In this document: one piece after another, positions 53,681-64,000 of the stretch
How positions within the stretch are numbered: the stretch's first letter is position 1
Layout of the letters: each line of letters starts with the position of its first letter
NCBI GenBank assembly: GCA_016748015.1
Contig: JAAOMT010000575.1
Coordinates: 1-64,000 of the forward strand
Length of the DNA: 64,000 nt
Source: Geosiphon pyriformis uo1
Taxonomy: Eukaryota > Fungi > Glomeromycota
Reading direction: 5' to 3'
Notes under the pieces: model-generated
Told to the model about the DNA's origin: nothing
Database searches by the model: none
What the model saw: only the letters and a program-made list of their open reading frames with translations
Translations under genes and position numbers: made by a program

Positions 53681-56541
53681 TCAGTTTCTGCTTTTTGGTA
53701 AGATCAAGGAGTGCAATATATTGTTCAGGATTTGAATTTGAGTTTAAATTGTCATCATTGCTATTGCCAATTTGAACAGAGCTAAAACCATTGTTATTGT
53801 TATCATTATTGTTGGAGTTTGAATCAGAATTGAGCAGTAATTCTAATTCTGATACACAGCTGTTAATTGGTTCATCTTCCTTTGGAATTGTGTAGATCAT
53901 GTGTGGTGATAGATTTTAGATAAGATCACTCTTATTACAATATTGGAAGTTATATGGAATTAAACAATGATTACATAGTTGGGTGTTTAGTTGTTTTAAA
54001 CATTGTTTCTATTCTTCTCTTGTGGGTGTTAAATTCTAATAGTGCTTGTGAAACTCTTTTGGGTCTGTTTCTATGTAAAAAAAAGCATTTGAATTTGGAA
54101 TAAAGACAATATTAACTGGTTCTGGAGAATTATTTTTAATTTTCAAGATTTTGCTGGGTGTGGTTTTTTCGACTTTGGTATTTACCATTCACCAGATCTT
54201 GTTTTTGTCATGTGAGTAACCATCCAAACAAGAGATCACTCAGTGTTATGCAGCAGTAATAGGTGTGCCACAACTAACTCAGTCACTTATGAGGATTGTG
54301 TACTGGCATGAAGCATTGCACATTTCTCCTCAACCAGAAATGTTGTTACATATTTCTTCATTGAGCAACTATTTTCTACAAATGAGACATGGTTTGTTGT
54401 CTCATTTGTCTTGTTATTTTGGGTAGTCATACCATTCTCTGTGGCATGGCTTATAGTAGTAGTGGGTTTGCATCCAGTAATCTTTGTCAGGTGCAATCTA
54501 AGCTTCCATGGAAGAAAGTTTTTTGTGACAATCTTGGTATTTGAGTAGAATATATGGTGGTTGCTTCAGTGGCTTGTGTAAGTAGGATCTTTCCGAGCCA
54601 CTAGTTATTTTTTCTATGGTGGTGTTTTCTTTTTTTTCTTTTCTTTTGTTGTTCCAAAAAAGTATTGGTAATAACTTGTTGTGTTTGGTGTTGGCCCAGA
54701 AAATTTGAAAGGCTTCTCAAGTAGGTTTTTTTTCTCTTTCTTCCAATTTGATGAGTGGATTGTTGTCAGTAGTAGTCTTGAAATGACCACAAGTGGCTGG
54801 CACACATGTGTAGTGGCCGTTTTGGCTAAACTACAGTTTTTGGGTATTTCAATTAAGCATGGTGTTGGTTTTAAACAGCCAGTTGTTCCCAATAAGAGCT
54901 TGGTACTGAGTTGCTTCCATTACCAATACTTTAATTGATATTATGAGGCCATTAACTTCGAATAAAAAGTCATTTATTTTACCAATTGGGGTCTTTGTTG
55001 CCCTATTGACTATAATTATTCATGCACTGGTGGTGTGATCAACTTGGTAACCTAATTGATTCATAAATTGTTGGGTAATAATACTGTCAGCTGATCTACT
55101 GTCTAAGATTAGTTTAATGTGCTGCCCATCAACTCTAGGATCTGTATACATTGCAGTAATGAGTTTGATTCTAGGGTGGCTCCACTAAATAGTAGTATTT
55201 CAACTGGTTTTTCGAGTTCAAAAGAGAAGATGGCAGTAAGTGATTTATCTTCAGTAATGATTGCTGACAGTATATTGTTAATAAGTGGCTGCTTTTGTTT
55301 GACTTCCAAGTTGTTGGATGTGGTATCTTCTGGGGTAACTAGGAGACTTAAATAGTTCTGGAAACTCGGGTTTTGGGTGTATCCAGTTCCTGAACTCTGC
55401 TGGCATGATCCTGATTGTTGGGTGGATGAACTGGAGATCGGTTGATGAACAATTATCACCAATCTTCAGTTTTGTTGAATGAATCTCAGTCTTTGGTTTC
55501 CATGTGACATCAGAGTCAAATTTTGTGGTAATATTTGAATTTTCTATGGTTGATATATTACTTGCAGCTATGGTGGTTGATAAATTACAGGTGTTGCTGG
55601 TTAATATATTGGAGGTGAGTATACTTGCTGTGTTATTGGTGCTTAATACATTGGCTGAGTCATTTGAGCATAAGGTGATTGATGTTGGTAATGTCCTTGT
55701 GATTGATGTTGGTAATGTCCTTGTGATTGATTATTAACATGATTCTAAGTTTGGAATCAGTGATTAAAGTTTTGATACTGATTACTTGATCATTGATTAC
55801 TTAACTGTTTGTAACATTTAAATTGCAAATGTTTTTGTTTACCACAATAGTAGCACACATGTGTTTCCTGCTGCCACTATTGATTGGTTAAAGATAATGG
55901 ATGTGATTGATTTTAAAACCAATTCGCATTTCCCTAATTATTTTGTCATTGTGAAAGTTGATAAATGGCTTGATTGTTAGCTAAGTATTCCTCTAATTTC
56001 TGATTGATTGAGTCACTGAATTGCTTTAGCTTGGAATCTAAGTCAGATGATCTATTCATTACTAGATTTACAGCTTGGGCATGATTGGCTTCAATCTCAG
56101 CTGCTTCAAAATCTTTGATGTAGTTAATAGTGGCTTGAAGATCTACTGGATGCATTGGTTGTACACATTGGAGGATGCTACTGTGCAAGTCTCTAATGAA
56201 TTGGTTTAAAATTTGTAAAGCTGTAAAATAATTGGCTTGGATTGCCTGAATTTGATGCAAATTTCTATGAAAGCATTTTAGGTAGATAGTGACTGCTTTA
56301 CTTTCTCCTTGTTTAATAATGGTAAAGATATTTGCTAGACAATTAATACTATTATTGTTGCTAAAATATTGTAGAAATGCAAGCTTGAATGCATTAAAAT
56401 TTTGAAGTTTGTTGGCCAAGCTTTAATATCATAAGTTGGTGATATCCTAAAAAAAGTAAGAGATAGCTTGCATGGCTTTGGCATTATTTCATTTATTGGT
56501 TGTGATGGCTTTTTTGACATTATTTAGCCACATTTGAGCAT

Positions 56542-57416
56542 TGTTACAAGTAATTATTTGGGGTCTCAAATCAAATAACAAATCTGTAACTTGGTGTTTA
56601 ATTAATATATTAATAATGTTGGTAATCTGAAAATTTTATTAATCTGAAGGCTTTGATTGGAGTTCTTTGTATAATGGATAGAGATTTGGTTATAATGGTA
56701 GTAGTTTCTAAAATTGCAATTCTTGTCCAATTTCTTTCTCAGCTTAGTGGCTGGATTTATTCTGGCAGTTGTGCCCTTCTGGTAAGCTATCTGTTATTAT
56801 ATATATAATTTTACTCTTATTTCTGGGTCTTTTACCAGGCTATTTTTGACATTAATAATTTAGCACTTAATCCTTAATCAATTAGTAAACAACAATAAAA
56901 TCAAAGAAAAAAAAGAAAAAAAAGAAAATAAAAGAAATTAAAGAAATAAGCCAAGACAATTCACAAGTTAGTATTCCATCAATAGCCATAATTAAAAACT
57001 ATTATTCCAACATAGTTAAGTATCAATTGCTATCAATATGAAGTGTTAATAGTGGAGAGTAGAATTGAAAATAGTGAATAATTATTTATTAATATTTGTA
57101 ATTTAGAAGGTTGCTTAAATTAAATCTAAATTGAGAGATCTGTTTTTTCTACTTCTAATACTATCATATATACATAATTGAGATTCCTCAATTCTTTAAT
57201 TTTTCACACCAGAAATCCTGGAATTCTTGAAATTCTGCAATTTCTTTTAAGAAAAATCTTGGAATTCTGGAAGCCTGTAATTCCTTATATGAGAATTCTG
57301 AAATTTTTGAATCCTACAATTCCTTTGAGAGGAATCCTAGAATTCTACATTTACTATATCTATCTCTGATTGGCTAATTTATATGCTAATATACTTCTTA
57401 TATTTTATGAGTAATA
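56542..57416 (-). repeat. Solo LTR of the same family nested in gag (~875 bp)
   Basis: tgttac...gtaata, homologous to both terminal LTRs. Gag reads MAYAPIAKIEKFTSKENN | AQMWLNNVKKAI continuously across it. Confidence 0.85.
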
Positions 57417-58467
57417 CTATTATTTTCTTTGCTGGTAAATTTTTCAATTTTGGCAATTGGTGCATATGCCATTTGTTGTTGTAGCAGTTGTTAAAATGGT
57501 TGCTGCAATTGTTATTGATGTGGTAATTATGGTTGTTGAATTCTTTCAATTGGTGGCTGATTGATCACATTTATTGGAGGTAAGTTTTGTTGATTAATTA
57601 TGTTGGAGTTTGAATCATTCTAATTTTAGGAAGTTTAAAGATTTGAAGTTTCAATTTCTGGATTTTCTAAAATTGGGTTTTGCTGAGTTTGAACATTTGG
57701 AGTTTCAATTTCTGGGTTTTTGACAATTGGGTTTTGGTAATTGAATTTCTGATTGTTATTTTTTTTTTTCTGATTCTGTTACTTCTCAAGGACTTACAAT
57801 TCCAAAATTTGGTGGAGGTAGTGGTAATCAAAATCTTGATAGTATTGGTAATCATAATTTAAATCTCTCAAAATATTTGCTATAGGTTCCTAATAGATCA
57901 GTTTTTAATTGTTTATTTTGAAATAGTATTTGTGCTAATAGAGTTTTCATGTTTGATGTGGATACACCTGCTGATAAAATATTGATAGTGCTTCTGGGTG
58001 TATAGTAATATGATAGATTGGTTGGTAATTCAATTCTTGTTTTCTTTCAAGTAGATAATTGTATCCTCTAGGATGTTACTATTGGTGTTTGTAGTTTTTT
58101 TTTACTTTTATTTGCATAGATAATTGGATATCTTTGCTGAATATAGGTTTTAATTTCTTTATTGATTTCAGTAAGGATTGCTGTAAAATTATAATTTACT
58201 AGTAGGCTGGTATTTTGGATTAATTTATTGTAGAAATTTCCTTTGGCTAAGTCAGTTTCTATTGATACTTCTAACAAATAGAAAATTTTTTTATTGATGT
58301 AGAAATTGAAAGCTGATTCTGCTAATAGATGGTTGCTGGTTAATTCCAAGTGTTGACAGTAGTGTTGGAATAAAAATTTGGTGATTCCTAGATGGTTTGT
58401 CCTTATTCTTTTTGGTTCTGCCACTTTTGGATGACTGCTGTTGGTATTGGTTCTCTGCAAAATTATA

Positions 58468-58484
58468 TCTTACAGGGAGCACCA
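58468..58484 (-). promoter_or_regulatory. Primer-binding site
   Basis: TGGTGCTCCCTGTAAGA starts 2 nt inside the 5' LTR end and is complementary to a tRNA ending ...GGGAGCACCA. Confidence 0.75.
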
Positions 58485-58486
58485 AA

Positions 58487-59035
58487 TGTTACAAATGATT
58501 ATTTAGGGTCTTAAATCAAATAACAAACCCGTAATTTGATGCTTAATAACTTGAATAATAATGTTGATTTGTAAAGATTGATTATTTAAAGGTTTGTGGT
58601 TGAGTTTTTTGTATAATAAACAGAGATTCAATAGCATTTCAGTAGTTTCTTGGAATTACAATTCTATCAAATTTTTTTCTCAGCATGGTGGCCAGTAATC
58701 TGGCAAAGATGCCCTTTTGGTAAGCTATCTTTAAATTCTTAATTCTATACCCTTCTTTTGAGGTCTTTTACTAGGCTATTCTTGACATCAATAATTTAAT
58801 GCTTAATCTTCAATTAATTAATAAATACAAAAAAATAAAAAAGATAATGAAAAGATAATGAAAATAAGCCAAGGTAATTGCAAATTAGTATTCCATCAAT
58901 AGTTGTGATCAAGAGTTATTGTTCTAGTGTGATTAAGTATCAGTTACTATCAACACTTCATATTAATAGTAAAAAATAGATTGTGATAGTGAATAATTAT
59001 TTATTGATATTTGTGAATAGAAAGATTGTTTAGAT
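58487..59035 (-). repeat. 5' LTR, truncated (U3 end missing)
   Basis: Begins tgttacaaatgattatttag. Homology to the other LTRs stops at ...gattgtttagat (~59035). Confidence 0.82.
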
Positions 59036-59113
59036 AGTATGTCTTTTATTATTAATAATTATAGTAATTTGTTTTTTTATAATTAAAATAGTATTTAAAT
59101 AATTTTTGGTTTA

Positions 59114-59148
<35 letters not shown>

Positions 59149-59149
59149 A

Positions 59150-62100
59150 TACAGCATAATTATTATTTAGTATACAAAAACAAACTAATTAAATTCAACT
59201 AAATATAGCTCATATATTTATTATATATACTTATATAAATCTCTGCACTATTATTTATACTTAAAAAAAAAATATGCCTATATAAATCAAAATTAATTGT
59301 AAAAAACTTAATAAAACCAATTAAATAAATTATTTTAGTTAACAAAAAACCAAATTGGTCACAAAAGTCATCAAATGAGATTTTTTTATTATTAACTGGA
59401 CCACTTTTTTCTATATTTACTTTAAACTTTAATATAAACAACTATAACATATTATAATGCTTTTTGGCTAAATAACAAATAAAATTAACCACTATTAACA
59501 TAGTTTTTTTATTATTATTAAAGACCATCACAGCTTTATTAATATTATTTTTGAAAACAAAATCTTTACACAAGATTGTATACAATTCAACATCAAAAAT
59601 ATCCAAAAAAAAAGCATATAACACCAGTAAAAACAATAAAAAACAGATTATTAATAAAGATTTTTACAATTTTATATAATTACATAAGATGTTTAAACAT
59701 ATAAAAACATTCTTTGAACATATAAAAACATGCTTCAACAATTTAATATTATCATATGTTAAACATAAAACACTTAAGTAATTTTTATTATAAAGCTTTT
59801 TTTTAATTATAACTGGCAGTTTTCTATAAATCATCTTTATCAAAAATGTACAAAAAAAATGAAAATCCAAATTCCAAATTATAGCAGTGCAATCTCAATC
59901 TATGTTTTAGATAAATAAGTTATCTAAAACATTAGCATTAGAACTTGTTTTCTATTAAACACAATAAATAATCTGAAAAACATTATAAATAAAATAATAA
60001 ACATTGTTTAAAACAATCAAATTATTAGCCACAATAAATTTTTTTCGAATTTTCACAGAAAAAACCAAATAAAACTGTGCTATATTACATACAAGAGCAT
60101 TTGTTTAGTTTTTTCAGTATTTTTTAAATGGTTTTTGACTTTCATCTACTTTACTGTAATGTTTTTAAACTTAATCAAATTAATTATATAGTATTTTTTA
60201 CCCAAAACTTATTTTTGTAATTTAGCTATAAAGCTAAAATTCCAAAATACATATATTTATAACTATATAGCAGTTTATATACAAAACTATTAAGCAAAAA
60301 AAAGAACACACTCTAAAACCAAAGCAATCATCTGTAATTTTAACATTATAAAAACAGCAACTCATATATTTTAACATTCATACCTATTTTAATTTTTGAA
60401 AAATAAATAGCTATTTTATTAACTATCTTTATAATATCTAAATTTTTTAATAAACTATTAGTATAAACATTTATTACTCCTGTTTACAACTTATATAAGC
60501 ATTTCCAAATATCTATAAAGTCTATTAAATTGAAAAAATCTGAATAGTCAAAGCTAAAGACAATTTTATTAGCATTAACAAAAAAATTACTTATGTATAT
60601 TAACATTTTTTCAAACTATACTGGCATTAAATCTCTAGAACTCAATTTTTTCTAATAATAAAAAGTTTTTCAATTCATAATTAATCTATGTTTATTTAAT
60701 AATTTGTTTTTAAAAACAATATTAAAATATTTTAAAGAATTAACTATCTCAAAATAATAGAAATTACCCAAAATTTTGAACATTAAATAATAACCAAAAC
60801 TATAGAATACACTAGACAAATTATTGACTATAGAGATTTTGGTATTTAAAAAAATTTTTACCATATTTACCAAGAAATTATTCACAAAACTGACTTTTAA
60901 TTTAATTAAATACTATAATAGATTTATAGATATTTAATCTAAAATCTGTAAATTCAAAAACCAATACTTAAGCAACCAGCCAACATTTTTTAAAATATTA
61001 GCAAAATTAATGCTAAAATTAACTTTATTTTTATTTGTTTTTATTTAAAAAATTTCAATCTGTACAGAAATAGATAATACATTGTTTTATTAAAAAAATT
61101 TTTAACAAATTAGTTTTAAATCTGAGTTTTTTTTTATTATAACATTTAATTTTTAATATACTTTCTTAGACACAAAATTAAACTGTATACAATAACCAAT
61201 TATGGGCTGCAAAACTACTAAAACCAAATATAAAAACTATTTGTTTAATAATGTTTTTTTAAGAACCAAATTTGAAAAATATTTAACATCTGAATATATT
61301 TTAATAAGACTTAACTTTAATATATTCTTAATTAACAAAAAAAATTCTTAAATATCTATGAGATTTGTTACACTAAGTAATAAAAATTAATAAACTACTA
61401 ATATGTAAAAAAACACTTGGAATTCTCTGGTTAATAGAAATAATCACTGTTTTATTATTATTAATAGAAATATTATTAATCTTAAAAAATTTACTAACAA
61501 TATCTAAAATATACTGAGTTAAAATTTGGTTATTATTAATCTAAATTGTGTTATTAACAAAAGTACCAGCTATAAAAAATAAAAATTTTTTTTACTAATC
61601 TCTATTTTGTTCATTTTTGTCATAAAATTTTTATTAATCTTATATCTATACAAGTGTTCTTGTCTTTTTACTTTACACAAAAAAAATTATAAAAAATTTT
61701 CCACAAAAGTAGTAAGAAAACTTTACTTTAATTCAGCCCATTATGTATTTTATAGCCATCTAAAAGACCAAAATCAGTTATCATTCTGTTGATTCTGTTT
61801 ATGTGTATATTTCTAAAGAAATTAACAAATTTGTTACAAATTTTGACATGCTTTAAACTAGCTTTTAAGTAATATTATCTAACTGAATTATATGTCTTAC
61901 ACATATTCTGCAAAATCAACCAAAACTTTTAGCTCTTTTCTAAAGCATTTTTTACAATTAAACCAACAGCAAACACAAAAAACTGAGTTATAGTACTTTT
62001 TAAAACCAAAAAATTATTATTACAAAAAACATTAAACTTACTATTTATAAAATTTAGAGATTATTAAAACTTATGCCTTTTTCCAAAGAACCAAAATATT

Positions 62101-64000
62101 ATTAAGAGATAAACATAAATTAAATAAATCTAGAAATCATTTTAACACAGTTTTGTTACAGTGCTTCCAAAGTTTATTTGATATATTAAACAGTTTAACA
62201 GCTTTGCTATCAGATAAACTATTGATAACCAGAACTAATTTTTGTAATTTGACTTTATATATAATCCTAAAAAATGTATTATCATTTTTATAGACCAAAA
62301 GTAAATATTGTTAAAGTTATAGACTAAATAATTTCTAAGATACAACTTTTTTTTTTATTTATTTTTCTATGATTTCATTAATCTTACTTCTATTTTTATT
62401 TAGTTTTAAAACCAAATTCTCTTTAAAAACCAAGTAATTTAAAATAACTTTGTAAAAGAATTGTTCTAAAACACTTTTAATTATCTATCTTTTGTTTGAA
62501 CAAAGATTTTTTATATACTGCTCAATTATTTTCTTTATTAATGCATTTTTTGTTGTCTTAGACTTATGGTATTTAGATTTTCTATATTTTTCCTAACTAT
62601 TAATAAATAATTAATAATAGCTATTATATTTATATTTTTTTGGACTATCTTTATAATCTTGAAAGCCTTTGTATTATTAACAGTTAACCAAATTTTGATA
62701 AAATAATCAAATTTAAACATATTTTCCAAGCTTAAACTTTTTACAATCTTAGCAACAAGTAATTTTAACTTAAAAAACTTTGATGATTATTTGTTTTTTA
62801 AATAATTAAACTTATTATACTATTGTTTAAAAAATATTTCATTAGCTAAACTCACTATTATTTTTTTTAATATCTTTTATATTTTATTTAAATTACCAAA
62901 ACTTTTAGCTTTCAAGAATCTATTACATAATTTCAATAATTTATTAGAAAAACACTTTTTAAAGCATGTTTATTTGATCTTATTTGCATTATTTATCTTG
63001 AATTTTTAGCAATTTTTATTAGTTTGTTTGCACATACTATTTAAATAAACATTTAAAAAACCATTTAGGCCAACCAAAACCAAAACTGTCTTGTAATTAG
63101 TGTTAAAAAAGTCAGATACAAAGTTAATTCTATAACTAACAATCATAAATAACAAATTTTTACTTATAAAAATGTAGTCTATAATTTTTTTAACACTTTT
63201 AAAGTTATTTTAAGTTGAAATTTTAACTAAAAAATACCCACCAAAAAAATTAACCAAATTTAAATTCTTACAAAACTTAAAACTTGTACTTTTTTAGACT
63301 TATTTTTATTGAAATTTTTACTTAAAACCACAAAAATATTAGAGTTAATTGCTTTAATAATAGAAAAATTGATTTTTAATGCTTAATCAAATCTAGTTTT
63401 AACAGAAACACAAATATACAAATCTAAAATTATAATTAAAAGTTTATTCTTGAATAAAAACTGTACTAAAATAATTTGACCAAAAATCTTCTTTACTTTT
63501 GAAACATATTAAGCCAGAAAATTGTTTATAATAATAGTTATTTCAATACCAAAAAAACTTTTAATTAAACCAGATGCCAAAATTTGCACTTTATTAAACT
63601 TGTTTATAATACATAATCTAATATTTGATTTAAATTTTATTTTTTGTAATAATAGAAATTATATTATTTAAGTCTATATATTAATAAATAATATTATTTT
63701 GTTTAGCAAAAACATTAATACTTTGAATATTACATATAGCAATTTTTCAGAACAGTTTAGTTATTGCTAAGTAGAAGTGTTCAAACTGAAATTCTTATTT
63801 TTTACTTTGATCAATAGACTTATAACTATTTTTAACAGATTATTTATATTGTCTTTCAACTTAAAAACAATTAACAAATCAAAAAACTTTATTTCTGTAA
63901 TAGTTTTATACTAGTGGTCACATTCAAACTTTTACTCATCACTGTATTTATTTTTTAATTTTGTAATAAAAAGGTTACCAATAGATAATATTTAAATTTA
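59150..64000 (-). mobile_element. Highly degenerate non-LTR retrotransposon (LINE) with RT, RNase H and C-terminal zinc finger; runs off the window
   Basis: RT remnants NISNKLWKHC and NALEKS*KFWLILQNMCKTYNSV...RIMTDFGL (61.7-62.2 kb). RNase H remnants LKLQMIALVLECV and MKVKNH (60.1-60.35 kb). zf-RVT-like RKLPVIIKKKLYNKNYLSVLCLTY...HVFICS (59664-59870). Confidence 0.8.

Larger units (their letters stand above)
48513..59035 (-). mobile_element. Degenerate Ty3/Gypsy LTR retrotransposon (gag-PR-dUTPase-RT-RNaseH-IN-extra ORF)
   Basis: Domain order on the minus strand: gag (58460 on; CYYCGKQKHLQFKC knuckle ~55820-55865), protease LILDSRS (~55100), dUTPase, RT (FCVDY, GYWQV, MPFGLMNAPATFQ, YLYN), RNase H (TDVSD, YASKSL), integrase (IDYLTKWPE, YYPQTNDLVKRFNRTL). 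Flanked by LTRs, PBS and PPT. Confidence 0.93.

Noticed and set aside
55675-55733. 24-bp perfect tandem duplication in gag
   Set aside because: A simple slippage event in a dead element with no evident function.

Overview
AT-rich, intron-containing fungal genomic DNA. The gene families present (BTB/BACK-TLDc, class-3 lipase-like, expanded P450s, TKL kinase, Ty3/Gypsy and RNase H-bearing LINE) point to Glomeromycotina, possibly Geosiphon; this is an inference from family recognition, not a search. The left half (about 1-35 kb) is gene-bearing and built from a repeated module: coiled-coil gene (-), 5-exon four-TM gene (+), BTB-TLDc gene. The module occurs twice, with an intact 3-exon cytochrome P450 in the first copy and a secreted lipase-3-like gene lacking its catalytic Ser downstream. 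The right half (about 35-64 kb) is a CpG-poor, transition-hypermutated repeat zone. It holds a P450 pseudogene split by a complete Tc1/mariner element, a kinase remnant, an ~10.5 kb Ty3/Gypsy element and a decayed LINE. The Gypsy element has a retrovirus-like layout (gag-PR-Cys-rich domain-dUTPase-RT-RH-IN plus an extra 190-codon 3' ORF) and a same-family solo LTR nested in gag. There are two N gaps (613-632, 16490-16651).
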